NCBI GenBank assembly: GCA_046292385.1
Contig: JBKBRF010000005.1
Coordinates: 135,744-199,743, forward strand
Source of the DNA: Armatimonadota bacterium
Lineage (GTDB): Bacteria > Armatimonadota > SYMT01
Direction of reading: 5' to 3'
Length of the DNA: 64,000 nucleotides
Of this stretch, positions 9,914-19,947 are shown in pieces. Position 1 is the stretch's first letter. The number at the start of each line of letters is the position of its first letter. The position numbers were made by a program, and so were the translations under genes. The notes beneath the pieces were generated by a model. It was given only the letters and a program-made list of their open reading frames with translations. It was not told where the DNA came from and did no database searches.

Positions 9914-12544
9914 CTACTGGCTCGCTTTTTTCTGGAGCTGGTAGAGGATCGTGAGCGCTTCGATCGGGGTGGTGGTGGAGAGGTCGAGCTTGCGCAGCTC
10001 TTCCACGGCCGGGTTCTCCGCCGCTTCGAAGAGACTTAGCTGCACCCGCTCGGCGCGGGGCTGCACCTGCGCGCCGGCGGAGGGCAGGCCGCCGTTGACG
10101 CCGCTGCTGGAGCTTTCCAGGTCCCGCAGCACCTCGCGGGCACGCTCGATCACCGCGTCCGGCAGGCCGGCGAGGCGGCCGACCTGGATCCCGTAGCTCT
10201 TGTCGGTGCCGCCGGGGACGATCTTGCGGAGCCAGACGATGTGGTGCCCGTCTTCCTTCACCGCGGCGCGGTAGTTCTTCACGCCCGGGAGGCGCTCCGC
10301 CAGGTCGTTCAGGTGGTGGTAGTGCGTGGCGAAGAGCGTCTTGGCGCCCGCCTGCTGGAGGTACTCCGCCACCGACCACGCGATCGAGAGCCCATCGTAG
10401 GTGCTGGTGCCGCGGCCGATCTCGTCCAGGATCACCAGGCTGCGGTCGGTGACGTTGTTCAGGATGTTGGCGGTCTCGTTCATCTCCACCATGAAGGTGG
10501 ACTGGCCGCTGGCGAGGTCATCGTGGGCGCCGACGCGGGTGAAGATGCGGTCGACCACCCCGATCCGCGCGGAGTCCGCGGGGACGAAGCTGCCGGCCTG
10601 CGCCATCAGCGTGATGAGGGCGACCTGCCGCAGGTAGGTGCTCTTCCCCGCCATGTTGGGGCCGGTGATGATAAGCAGCCGGCTCTCTCCGCCGTCGAGG
10701 CAGGCGTCGTTGGGAACGAACGGCTCCTGACCCAGCTTTTCCACCACCGGGTGGCGCCCGTTGCGGATCTCGATCCGGTCGCCGGTATCGACCACCGGAC
10801 GCACGTAGTCGTTCCGCACCGCGCACTCCGCGAGGGCGGTAAGGACGTCGAGCTCCGCCACCGCGCCCGCGACGGCCAGCACGCGCGCCGCCTCGCGCCC
10901 CACGCGGTCCCGCAGCTCCTGGAAGAGCCGCTCCTCCATCGCCTGGATCTTTTCCTCGGCGCCCAGGATCAGCGCTTCCTTCTCCTTCAGCTCCGGCGTG
11001 ATGTAGCGCTCCGCGTTGGCGGTGGTCTGCTTCCGGTGGTAATCCGCGGGAACGAGGTGGATGTTCGGCTTCGTCACCTCGATGTAGTAGCCGAAGACCG
11101 AGTTGTAGCCGACCTTGAGGCTCTTGATGCCGGTCCGCTCTCGCTCGGTGCTCTCCAGCGCGGCGATCCAGTCTTTCCCGTCCACGCTGGCGGTGCGCAG
11201 CTCGTCGAGCTGCGGCGAGTAGCCGGGGCGGATCACGCCGCCGTCGCGGAGGTTGGCGGGCGGCTCGTCCACGAGGCCGGTCTCCAGGAGCTGGACCAGG
11301 TCCTCCAGCGGCTCCAGCCGTTCCCCCAGCTCGCTCAGGTAGACGGAGGCGCAGGGCGTAACCAGCTCCTTCAGCTCCGGCACCCGCGCCAGGGATGAGC
11401 GCAGGCCGGAGAGGTCGCGCGGGTTGGCGGCGCCGGTAGCGCAGCGGCTGGCGAGCCGCTCCAGGTCGCTCACCTGGGAGAGCCGCTCCCGGAGGTCGCC
11501 GCGGAGCAGGCCGCTCTCCGCCAGCTCCGCTACCGAGTCGAGCCGCTCGTTGATCCGCACCGGGTCGAGCAGCGGCTGCTCCAGCCACCTCCGCAGCAGC
11601 CGCGCGCCCATCGCGGTCCCGGTGCAGTCGAGCACCGAGAGCAGCGTGCGGGAGCGGCCGCCTTCCCACATCGACTGCGTCAGCTCCAGGTTGCGGCGGG
11701 CGGTCGGGTCGAGGCGCATGAACTCGCCGACGGTATAGGTGGAAAGGCTGCGGAGGTGCTGCGCGGCCTCGATGTGCCGCCGGCCGAGGTAGTGGAGCAC
11801 CAGGCGGGCTGCCTCGATCGCGCGCTCCATCTCCTCGCAGCCGAAGCCGCGTAGGGAGTGGACGCGGAAATGCTCCAGCAGCGCCTGCCGGGCCGTCTTG
11901 CGCGGGAACGCCTCCGCCTCCACCGGGGTGACGGTCCACCTCCGCCCCTGGCAGAGCCAGCTCTCCGCTCGCGCCGCCAGCTCCGCCGGCAGCACCAGCT
12001 CCCGCGGCGCCAGGCGCTCCAGCTCTTCCAGGAGGCGGCGGGCGGCGTGCGGGGCCTTCAGCTCCGTCACCGCGAACTCGCCGGTCGAGACGTCGCAGAT
12101 CGCCAGCCCGAACTCCGCTACGTGGTCCTCTCCGGAGACGACCACCGCGGCGAGATAGCTGTTCGCCTTCGCCTCCAGCATCGAGTCGTCGAGGACGGTG
12201 CCGGGCGTGACGACCCGGGTCACCTTCCGCTTGACGATCCCCTTGGCGAACTTGGGGTTCTCTACCTGTTCACAGATCGCCACGCGGTGCCCCGCCGCTA
12301 CGAGCCGTGCCAGGTAGCGCTCCTGCGCGTGATACGGCACCCCGCACATGGGGATCCGCTCGCCCTGCACGTAGTCGCGCGAGGTAAGCGTGATCTCCAG
12401 CACGCGCGCGGCGATCTCCGCGTCCTCCCCGAACATCTCGTAGAAGTCGCCGAGGCGGAACATCAGGAGCACGTCCGGGTACTGGCGCTTGATCTCCCAG
12501 TACTGGCGGAAGAGCGGCGTGAGCTGGTCGGCGGCGGGAGGCAT
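9914..12544 (-). CDS. mutS: DNA mismatch repair protein MutS
   Basis: FRLGDFYEMF, ITGPNMAGKST, STFMVEM, DEIGRGT, FATHYH; start MPPAADQLTP. Confidence 0.98.
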   Translation of the reverse strand: MPPAADQLTPLFRQYWEIKRQYPDVLLMFRLGDFYEMFGEDAEIAARVLEITLTSRDYVQGERIPMCGVPYHAQERYLARLVAAGHRVAICEQVENPKFAKGIVKRKVTRVVTPGTVLDDSMLEAKANSYLAAVVVSGEDHVAEFGLAICDVSTGEFAVTELKAPHAARRLLEELERLAPRELVLPAELAARAESWLCQGRRWTVTPVEAEAFPRKTARQALLEHFRVHSLRGFGCEEMERAIEAARLVLHYLGRRHIEAAQHLRSLSTYTVGEFMRLDPTARRNLELTQSMWEGGRSRTLLSVLDCTGTAMGARLLRRWLEQPLLDPVRINERLDSVAELAESGLLRGDLRERLSQVSDLERLASRCATGAANPRDLSGLRSSLARVPELKELVTPCASVYLSELGERLEPLEDLVQLLETGLVDEPPANLRDGGVIRPGYSPQLDELRTASVDGKDWIAALESTERERTGIKSLKVGYNSVFGYYIEVTKPNIHLVPADYHRKQTTANAERYITPELKEKEALILGAEEKIQAMEERLFQELRDRVGREAARVLAVAGAVAELDVLTALAECAVRNDYVRPVVDTGDRIEIRNGRHPVVEKLGQEPFVPNDACLDGGESRLLIITGPNMAGKSTYLRQVALITLMAQAGSFVPADSARIGVVDRIFTRVGAHDDLASGQSTFMVEMNETANILNNVTDRSLVILDEIGRGTSTYDGLSIAWSVAEYLQQAGAKTLFATHYHHLNDLAERLPGVKNYRAAVKEDGHHIVWLRKIVPGGTDKSYGIQVGRLAGLPDAVIERAREVLRDLESSSSGVNGGLPSAGAQVQPRAERVQLSLFEAAENPAVEELRKLDLSTTTPIEALTILYQLQKKASQ

Positions 12545-12706
12545 GGTGGGAGCTGCGGTGCGGATCAGAGTCGGCGCGGGGGCCGGGTAGTTGTAAGGCA
12601 AACGGACGAAGCGGGCACAGGCGCAGGCGCATTCGCCGCGCTCCCCGCGCTCCTCTATAATCGTAACAGCGCACGCGCGGACGTGCCTTGCTCCCGTGGA
12701 TGCCTG

Positions 12707-13297
12707 ATGGCGCTGGGAGAGAGCCTGGTTCTGGATTCCGACCCCGAGCGGATCTTCACCGAGGCCGATCTGGCGGCGCTCCCTGCGGAGCTGCCGTCCG
12801 GCCCCGTGTGGTGGGAGCTCGACCACGGCAGGCTCCTGGCCATGCCGCTGCCGGAACTGGACCACAGCATCGCCCTGACGAACCTCGCATGTGCCCTGAA
12901 GCGCGACGGTGAGCTACGCGGCCACGGCCGCGCAGTCGGACGGGTCGGGGTGGTGCTCTGGCGCAGCCCGGACCGCGTCGTGGGCGCGGACGCAGCCTTC
13001 ATCGCCAGCGGGTCGCTGCCGGCGCGGCGCTCCCCGGAAGACTACCTGGAGACGATTCCCGAGCTAGTGGTCGAGGTCGTCAGTATTCAGGACACGCCGG
13101 GCTACGTCCGCCGCAAAGTCGAGGACTACCTGACCGCCGGTGTGAAAGTGGTTTGGCTGGCGAACCCGGCCACCCACACGGTGACGGAGTACCGCCCCGC
13201 CGGCGGGCCGAGAGAGTACCGGGACGGTGACACGCTGACCGTGGAGGACCTGATCCCCGGCTTCTCCATGCCGATCGAAGAGGTGTTCCGGGTCTGA
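12707..13297 (+). CDS. Uma2 family endonuclease
   Basis: ELDHGRL, ADAAFI, PELVVEVVS, KVEDYLTAGVKVVWL, DLIPGF; TATAAT at 12656. Confidence 0.9.
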   Translation: MALGESLVLDSDPERIFTEADLAALPAELPSGPVWWELDHGRLLAMPLPELDHSIALTNLACALKRDGELRGHGRAVGRVGVVLWRSPDRVVGADAAFIASGSLPARRSPEDYLETIPELVVEVVSIQDTPGYVRRKVEDYLTAGVKVVWLANPATHTVTEYRPAGGPREYRDGDTLTVEDLIPGFSMPIEEVFRV

Positions 13298-13304
13298 CGC
13301 GGGG

Positions 13305-14237
13305 CTACGTGCCCGCCAGCTCCTTCAGCCGCTCCACTCGCTTCGGCTCGTTCTTGACCAGCCAGGCGTCCCTGGAGAGCAGCTCGTAGGCTCGCGCGAA
13401 GTGCGGCTTCGCCTCTTCGTGGCGCTTTAGCGCGAGCAGGCACTCCCCCAGTTCCTCGTAGAGGTAGCCGTCCGGATCGTTCGCCTGCTCCGACTCCGTG
13501 CGGATTGCCTCCTGGATCGTCAGCGCCTGCTCGACCTTGCCGAGGGCGCGGAGGGTCTTGCCGACTGAGTACTTGGCGATCCGGATCTGGACCGGGCTGC
13601 CGTGCTGCTGGTAGAAAGCCTGGGCCTTGTTCAACAGCTCCAGCGCCGTGGGGTAATCGCCGCGCTCGTAGTAGGTCCAGCCGGTGTTGTTGTAGAGCGG
13701 CCCCAGCCAGCGGCGGGCGCGCTCGTTCTTGCTGCGCTCCGCCAGCCCGATCGCCTGGAGGTTCCACTTCAGCGCCTCGTCCGGCGTCTCCGCGATGCCG
13801 AGCATGTGGGCGGCGTCGAGCGCGTACGCTTCCTCCCCCGCCGCGTTCGCCAGCTCCCACGCCTCGCGGAAGAGCCGCCGGGCCCGCTCCGGCTTCTGGT
13901 CGGAATTGAAGGTGCGGCCCCGCTCCAGCAGGTAGCGCACGCGGGCGGTCTTCAGGTCCGGCTGAAGCAGCCCCTCCGCCTCGTCCAGGATGCGGTGCGC
14001 CTCCGCGAACTTGCCCTGGAGACTCTGGGTGCGGCCGAGCTGGGTCAGGAGCTGCACCAGGTAGTCCCGGTTGCCGGACCGCCTGGCGCGGGGAAGCAGC
14101 TCCCGGAACGTCTCCGCCGTCTCCTCCGGCTGCTGGTAGTTCCAGAGCTTGTCGATCACCGGAAGCGGCTCATCGTCCGGCTCCCGCGCGGCGATGGCGA
14201 GCGCCAGGAGTGAGCAGAGCAGGATGAGCACGGTCAT
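13305..14237 (-). CDS. Secreted tetratricopeptide-repeat protein
   Basis: Signal peptide and several TPR-like repeats (LYNNTGWTYYERGDYPTALE). Confidence 0.8.
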   Translation of the reverse strand: MTVLILLCSLLALAIAAREPDDEPLPVIDKLWNYQQPEETAETFRELLPRARRSGNRDYLVQLLTQLGRTQSLQGKFAEAHRILDEAEGLLQPDLKTARVRYLLERGRTFNSDQKPERARRLFREAWELANAAGEEAYALDAAHMLGIAETPDEALKWNLQAIGLAERSKNERARRWLGPLYNNTGWTYYERGDYPTALELLNKAQAFYQQHGSPVQIRIAKYSVGKTLRALGKVEQALTIQEAIRTESEQANDPDGYLYEELGECLLALKRHEEAKPHFARAYELLSRDAWLVKNEPKRVERLKELAGT

Positions 14238-14334
14238 GGCAGCCTCCGTTCCGGATCCCGGCAGCTTGCCGGGCAGGCATGGAAGCGTTCGCCGGCCGGG
14301 AGGCGGGTCCTCCTCCCGGCCGGCGATGGCCGGG

Positions 14335-15477
14335 CTACTTTTCGACCGGAGTGTCCGGGCGGCTGGTGTAGTCCGCGAACGAGCCGTAGTAGACTTTGAC
14401 CCGGGGGTAGCCGATCAGCTTGAGCGTGAAGAGGGAGTGCGACGCACGCCCGCCCGACGCTCAATAAGTGACCACCTCTTTGTCGGGGGTTACCCCCTTG
14501 CTCTCGTAGAGCTTCTTCAGCTCCGGGCCGCTCTTGAACACCTGGTGCGGGCCGGTCACGTTCTCCGACCAGTCGACGTTCACCGAATTCGGGATCCGAC
14601 CCGCCTTCTTCGCGCCGCCGGAGAGCCGCTCTCCCGTGAATTCGTCTGCGGAGCGGGTGTCCAGCACCACCACGTCGGGCCGACGCGCGAGCAGCTCCGG
14701 CGCGGCGCAGACCAGCTCCGGCACCTTCTTCGGTTTGAAGGTCGTCGCGGCGACCCGGGGAGCTTCCACCGTCGTGGGCCGCTTCTCCGCCGTCCACTTG
14801 CTCCAGCCGCCGTTGACCAGGCTCACCTTCGGGTGGCCGTAGGCGTTCAGCACGAACCAGAGCCGGGCCGCGCTGCGGCCGCCCGCGTCATCGTAGATCA
14901 CCACGTGGGTGTCGGCGCCGATCCCCGCCTTTCCCATCATCGCAGCGAACGCCTCCGGGCTCGGCAGGAAGTCGGCGGTGTCGTTCGCGTCCCGCAGCGG
15001 GCCCTCGGACAGCCGGACCGCCCCCGGGAGGTGCCCGGCGGAGTACTTCTCATCCGAGCGCATGTCGACGATCCGGACCGTCGGGTCCTGGAGCCGGTGC
15101 TCCAGCCAGCTCGTCTCCACCAGCAGCTCCGGGTGGGCCCAGCCGCCGGAGCGGAACGTCTCCAGGTGCGCGAAGAGCGCCTGCGCCTTCTCGCCGTCGA
15201 GCTGCACCGCGGCGAAGCCTTTCGACTTCTCGATCACCTCCAGGGCGGAGAGGCGCTGCGTGATGTCGACCAGGCTCCTGGCGCCGGCGTAGGTGGTGGT
15301 ATCGGCGCCGTCCTCGCCGTGACAGCGCGCGCAGTAGGTGGCGTAGAGCGTCTCGCCCTTCGCCCGCAGGCTCGCGGACTCCGGCCTGGGAGCCGCCTGC
15401 GCGCCGAGGACAGACGCCAGGACTATTCCGATGGACGCGCCCACGCCCGCCCAGGCCGCGACTCTTCGCGGATACAT
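14335..15477 (-). CDS. Secreted cytochrome c-tandem rhodanese (sulfurtransferase) fusion with in-frame TGA at the catalytic Cys; probable selenoprotein
   Basis: CARCH heme motif, GHLPGA, GRIP; KEVVTY-TGA(14461-14463)-ASGGRASHSLFTLKLIGYPRVKVYYGSFADYTSRPDTPVEK-TAG completes the rhodanese domain. Confidence 0.85.
14420..14464 (-). promoter_or_regulatory. SECIS-like hairpin at and after the UGA
   Basis: UUGAGCGU/ACGCUCAA 8-bp base, GGG/CCC, apex GUGC-GUC-GCAC with loop G at +18 from UGA. Confidence 0.6.
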
Positions 15478-15650
15478 CGATCCCCCTCCCGCGGCGCCTC
15501 CGCGCCGCTCCGATTCAGTCTACTCCGGGCCGGCTTCGATGACCCGCGTCACCACGCGTGCTGCCGAATTCAACTGGAATGCGATACGTAGACGGCACCG
15601 ACTATCTGACCGGGAGAACCCCAGACCCCCTCGTTCAGGAGTAGCCCCGA

Positions 15651-16187
15651 ATGCCGAACGTTCTCTCCAGCCTCTATCCGTTCCACGGCAAGATCGTTAC
15701 CGTCCGCGTCGACGACGTCCGGCTGCCCGACGGCCACGTGACGCAGCAAGAAGTGGTGGAGCACCGGGAGTCGATGACGGTAGTCGCCCTCGACTCGGAA
15801 GACCGCCTGGTGCTGGTGCGGCAGTACCGGCACGCGGTGGGCGAGGTGCTGCTGGAGACGGCGGCTGGATCGATCGACGACGGCGAGACCCCGGAGGAGG
15901 CGGTGAACCGCGAGCTGGCGGAGGAGACCGGCTACCGGGCCCGCCAGGTGGCGCGGCTCGGCAGCTTCTACCTCGCCCCCGGCTGGGCCACGGAGCACAT
16001 GCACGTCTTCCTCGCGCGGGACCTGTATGAGTCGCCGGAAGAGGGGGACGAGGACGAGCGGATCGAGGTGGTGCATCTTTCCATTCCGGAGTGGGAAGAG
16101 ATGATCGCGCAGGGCGCGGTGCGGGACTGCAAGAGCCTGGGAGCCTGGCATCTCGCCCGCCGCTATCTCTGGGAGACGCGAGGATGA
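15651..16187 (+). CDS. NUDIX hydrolase (ADP-ribose pyrophosphatase-like)
   Basis: Nudix box AGSIDDGETPEEAVNRELAEETG; VLVRQYR. Confidence 0.9.
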   Translation: MPNVLSSLYPFHGKIVTVRVDDVRLPDGHVTQQEVVEHRESMTVVALDSEDRLVLVRQYRHAVGEVLLETAAGSIDDGETPEEAVNRELAEETGYRARQVARLGSFYLAPGWATEHMHVFLARDLYESPEEGDEDERIEVVHLSIPEWEEMIAQGAVRDCKSLGAWHLARRYLWETRG

Positions 16188-16753
16188 GCCGGACCGACGC
16201 GCAGCGACTGGTCGCCGCTGCCGCCTTCGCCGCGGAGATCCACCACGGTCAGTGCCGCGATGAAGGGACGCCGTACCTCGAGCACCCGCTCCGCGTGGCC
16301 CGCATCGCGGCCGACGAGATCGGCATCTCGGATCCGGAGTTGCTGATCGCGGCGCTGCTGCACGACACGCTCGAGGACGCAGACGATCCGGAGGCGGCGC
16401 GGCGGCGCATCCGGGAGGAGTTCGGGGAGCGCGTGCTGGAGGTCGTGGAGCTGCTGACGAAGCCGTCCGACGACGGGACCTCAAAAGAGGCGCGCGATCG
16501 CGAGTACCATTCGCGCCTGCAGCAGGCTCCGCGGGAGGTCCAGGCGCTGAAGATCGCCGACCGGCTGGACAACACCCGGTTCCTGATCCACTCTCCCGAC
16601 TCGAAGAAGCGCGGCCGCTACCTGCGCGAAACGGAGGAGGAGTACCTCCCGCTCGCGGAGAAGGCGGGCGTACTGGTGGAGCCGCTCCGCGAGGCCACCC
16701 GGCGCGTGCGAGAGCTCTACGGCCCACCCCCGGAACCGGACGCCCAGGAATGA
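16184..16753 (+). CDS. Stand-alone HD-domain protein, SpoT-hydrolase/Mesh1-like
   Basis: HHGQCR..GTPYLEHPLRVA, AALLHDTLED, VVELLTK, KIADRLDN; ATGA overlap with NUDIX gene. Confidence 0.85.
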   Translation: MSRTDAQRLVAAAAFAAEIHHGQCRDEGTPYLEHPLRVARIAADEIGISDPELLIAALLHDTLEDADDPEAARRRIREEFGERVLEVVELLTKPSDDGTSKEARDREYHSRLQQAPREVQALKIADRLDNTRFLIHSPDSKKRGRYLRETEEEYLPLAEKAGVLVEPLREATRRVRELYGPPPEPDAQE

Positions 16754-17646
16754 AGAGACTCGCCGCCGCCTTCCTGCTCTCCCTCTTGCTCTCCAGCGCT
16801 GCCGTCCCGGCACCGAGCTACGGCGAGGGCCAGGTTGCGGAGCTCCTCGCCGTTGCAGTAGCGGAGCAGGAGCCGGAGCGGCGGCGGGCGCAGGCGATCC
16901 GAGCGCTGGAGCACACGGAGCTGCGCACGCATCTCCCGGCGCTGCGGCGGCTCCTGCGAGAAGAGCGCAGCCTCGACATCCGCCTCGCCGCCGCGTGCAC
17001 GCTGGCGGCGCTCGGCGACCGGAAGTCGCCGGCCGACCTCCTCCTGGTCACCGCCTACGACCAGGAGCGCACCCCGAGCTGCACCCGCTCCGACGTCGTC
17101 CTGGCGCTGGCGCGCACCGGCAACCCGGCCGCCGTGCTGCACCTGCGGAAGGCGCTGGAGGCCCCCGCGCCGGCGGACGAGCCGTTCTTCTACGCCGACG
17201 CCTGCCGCGCGCTCAGCATCCTAGGCACGCCGGAGGCGCTCGCGGAGCTGGGACGCGCGCTGCGAGAGGGCTCGGCCGAGGTCCGCCACGCCGCCGTCAC
17301 CCCCCTCGCCAACGCGGCTCGAACGCTGAGCGTGGAGGAGCGGGCCTGGGTGAGCGCCGCGCTGCTCTACCGCGCGCGAGAGGACGCCGAGCCGCGCGTA
17401 GCGGAGCAGGCGATGAGCGGGCTCTTCTGGTGCGGAGTGGACGCTTCCGCATTCTTTCGACTGCTGGAAGCCGATCCCGAGCCGGAGGTCCGCGCCCGCG
17501 CCGCCCGGGTGATGAACCGCCACTACCTCCGCCCCCGCCACCTGGAGCGCCTGCGCGCCGCCCTCGCGACCGAGCGGGATGCCGGGGTCCGGACCGCGAT
17601 CGAAGAGACGCTCCGCAGCCAGGAGCGCGGGGATCGCGTCCAATAG
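16750..17646 (+). CDS. Secreted HEAT-repeat protein
   Basis: Signal peptide; repeated IRLAAACTLAALG / EVRHAAV / EVRARAARVM motifs. Confidence 0.75.
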   Translation: MKRLAAAFLLSLLLSSAAVPAPSYGEGQVAELLAVAVAEQEPERRRAQAIRALEHTELRTHLPALRRLLREERSLDIRLAAACTLAALGDRKSPADLLLVTAYDQERTPSCTRSDVVLALARTGNPAAVLHLRKALEAPAPADEPFFYADACRALSILGTPEALAELGRALREGSAEVRHAAVTPLANAARTLSVEERAWVSAALLYRAREDAEPRVAEQAMSGLFWCGVDASAFFRLLEADPEPEVRARAARVMNRHYLRPRHLERLRAALATERDAGVRTAIEETLRSQERGDRVQ

Positions 17647-17686
17647 GCCGGGGCTCCTCACTCACCGGCTCAAGGGGAGGGCTTCG

Positions 17687-17968
17687 ATGCGACGCCGCGC
17701 CGGAGTGCTGCTGGCTACCGCAAGTCTCCTGACGGCGCTGCTGCTGATCGGCGCCGCGGTCGGAGACTACGCCCTCTCGGGCGGGCCGCTCTCGCCAGGC
17801 CTCCGCACACAGTTCTCTCTAGTCCCGGCGAGCCCGTGGCGCTTCGACACCCTGGTAGGCTGCGGGCCGGGCACCGTGACCTACGTGACGACCATCGGAC
17901 CGGTGCAGATCGTCCGCGAGGGCGGACGCAGCCCCTTTGATTCGCGACGTGGCACTGCACGGCAATGA
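17687..17968 (+). CDS. Hypothetical small membrane-anchored protein
   Basis: GGGAGG RBS and hydrophobic N-terminus. Confidence 0.45.
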   Translation: MRRRAGVLLATASLLTALLLIGAAVGDYALSGGPLSPGLRTQFSLVPASPWRFDTLVGCGPGTVTYVTTIGPVQIVREGGRSPFDSRRGTARQ

Positions 17969-18059
17969 GGGATGCCCCGTACTGTAATCGGCGGAACCCG
18001 AGCGCTTGCTCGTGGGTCAGGAAAGCAGCACGTGGGTCGATCCACAGGAGGACGCATCA

Positions 18060-18863
18060 ATGCGTACGCCCCCCTCTCCCCGGGCGGTCGTCGGGTTACT
18101 TTTCGCCCTGGCAGCCCTTACCAGCGCTGCCCGCGGCCCCATCGCCGCAGCCGAACCGCTCACCCCATCAGGGTATGAAGGCGACCGGTATGAGCCGGAC
18201 GACTCCCCGTACCGCTCCCGCAAGATCTCGATCTACAGCCGCCCGCAGCGGCACAGCCTGCACTGGTCGAAGGATTGGGACTTCGTCCGTTTTCGGGTGC
18301 CGGCCGGCAAGGTGGCCGTGATCGAGACGTTCGACCTCACCGACGGCTGCGACACGGTGCTGAGCCTCTTCGATAGCGACGGTGAGTCGAAGCTTTGGGA
18401 GTCGGACGACTTCCGCGACGAGGACCGGTCCGTCCTCCGGTACGCGGTGGAGCACACCGGTCTCTACTACGCCAAAGTGCGGCAGGTGGACGGCGCCGAC
18501 GAGCGGGAGAAGGGGTACTCCCTGCGAGTGCGGGTGCAGGAGCCACGCCTGGGCGGCAAGATCGACCCGGTGTGGATCTTCGGATTCCCCGGCACGCGCC
18601 GCGGCCGCACCGGCACCGCCACGCTGGAGCTGAAGAACCACAGCGTCTACGAGAACCTGCGGATCGTGGTCGATAAGATCGAAGGGCCGTTCAGCGTCGT
18701 GGAGGGACCCGGGAGCACGATCCTGCCGCCGCGCGGGGTGCTGCCGCTGCGGCTCGCGTTCCATCCCGAGATTCGCGGCACCGTGACCGGCAAGCTCTAC
18801 CTGAAGACAAGCGCCCGGGAGCGGCGAAGGGTGGAGATCAGCCTGGTCGGCACGGGGCTATAG
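18060..18863 (+). CDS. Secreted protein with PPC-like and C-terminal Ig-like (ASH/choice-of-anchor D-like) domains
   Basis: GDRYEPDD, DWDFVRF, CDTVLSLFDSDG, GLYYAKVR; C-terminal LKN..GPFSV..LAFHP..LVGTG. Confidence 0.65.
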   Translation: MRTPPSPRAVVGLLFALAALTSAARGPIAAAEPLTPSGYEGDRYEPDDSPYRSRKISIYSRPQRHSLHWSKDWDFVRFRVPAGKVAVIETFDLTDGCDTVLSLFDSDGESKLWESDDFRDEDRSVLRYAVEHTGLYYAKVRQVDGADEREKGYSLRVRVQEPRLGGKIDPVWIFGFPGTRRGRTGTATLELKNHSVYENLRIVVDKIEGPFSVVEGPGSTILPPRGVLPLRLAFHPEIRGTVTGKLYLKTSARERRRVEISLVGTGL

Positions 18864-18879
18864 GGCCTCGCCCCGGGTA

Positions 18880-18923
18880 CAGCGCAAAGGGCCGGAGGGG
18901 TCTGCCTCCGGCCCTTTGCGCTG
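18880..18923. terminator. Perfect 19-bp hairpin between convergent genes
   Basis: CAGCGCAAAGGGCCGGAGG-GGTCTG-CCTCCGGCCCTTTGCGCTG; no long U tract. Confidence 0.6.
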
Positions 18924-18928
18924 GTAGT

Positions 18929-19077
18929 GCGTATTTCGTATTGCGTAGCGGTGCGTTTACTGGTGTTTCCGGTAGCGTCGTGCCGAGCGGGATGCCTTTT
19001 ACAGCGCCTTGCCCGGCAGAATGCTTCGCCAGGTGGTACCGGCACGCCGCTGCGCAATACGGAATACGAAATACGCC
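18929..19077. repeat. Inverted pair of CGTATTT/AATACG(G/A) heptamer tandem repeats
   Basis: GCGTATTTCGTATTGCGTAGCGG ... CCGCTGCGCAATACGGAATACGAAATACGC. Confidence 0.7.
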
Positions 19078-19947
19078 TCAGTTCACTCCCACCGCGTGGC
19101 GAAGCTTCCGGAGCGCCCGCGTCTCGATGTGGCGGATGCCCTCGCGAGACATGTTCAGCTCCTGGGCCAGCTCCTTCAGGCTGCGGACGCGGCCGTCGCG
19201 CAGGCCGTAGCGGTTCTCGATGACCGTCCGCTCCTTCGGCTTCAGCACGCCGAGGATCCGCGCCAGGTTCTCCCGGTCCGCGGCCTGCAGCGCGCAGTCT
19301 TCCGGATCCTGTGCTTCCGCGTCGAGCTGCAGGTCGCCAAGGGTGTAGTCTTCCGCCTCACCCAGCAGCACGTCGAGAGAGACCGGCTCCTGGATGCTCT
19401 GCAGCAGCGCGTTCACGGTGCTGACAGAGAGGGCCGTCTCGGCGGCGAGCTCCTCGGAGGTCGGCTGGCGCCCGAGCTTGTCGGAAAGCTGCATGCTGCT
19501 CCGCTCCAGCTTGCCGACCGCGTGGTAGGCATACGTGGGGAGCCGGATCATGCGGCTTTGCTTCTCAATGGCCCGCACGATCGCCTGGCGGATCCAGTAA
19601 GTAGCGTAGGTGGAGAAGCGGAACCCTTTGGTGGGATCGAACTTGTTGATGGCGCTCATGAGACCCAGGATGCCTTCCTGGACCACGTCTTCGAACGTCA
19701 TACCCCGGCAGTTGTAGTGCCGGGCAATGCTCACCACGAGGCGGAGGTTCGCCTCGATCATCCGTTCGCGGGCACGCTCGTCGCCGCCGCGAATCCGTTC
19801 TGTGAGGTCGATCTCTTCGTGAACGGTAAGGAGGGGACCGTCCGCCTTATACTGCCACGGTGGGATACCGTTCTGGTGTGCGTTCTGCTCCGGGTCCAGG
19901 TGGGACTGACGAGATCCTGTCTCGTCTGAGGATTGCCGGGATCGCAT
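19078..19947 (-). CDS. RNA polymerase sigma-70 factor, RpoD/SigA-like alternative sigma
   Basis: [36 protein letters not shown], region 4 [25 protein letters not shown] before 19947. Confidence 0.93.
   Translation of the reverse strand: MRSRQSSDETGSRQSHLDPEQNAHQNGIPPWQYKADGPLLTVHEEIDLTERIRGGDERARERMIEANLRLVVSIARHYNCRGMTFEDVVQEGILGLMSAINKFDPTKGFRFSTYATYWIRQAIVRAIEKQSRMIRLPTYAYHAVGKLERSSMQLSDKLGRQPTSEELAAETALSVSTVNALLQSIQEPVSLDVLLGEAEDYTLGDLQLDAEAQDPEDCALQAADRENLARILGVLKPKERTVIENRYGLRDGRVRSLKELAQELNMSREGIRHIETRALRKLRHAVGVN

Noticed and set aside
12545..12865. N-terminal extensions of MutS and Uma2 shown in the ORF track
   Set aside because: They overlap each other on opposite strands; conserved domains start at 12544 and 12707.
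14234..14797. 187-aa ORF suggesting a frameshifted rhodanese C-terminus
   Set aside because: The true C-terminus is in the original frame after the TGA; no frameshift is needed.
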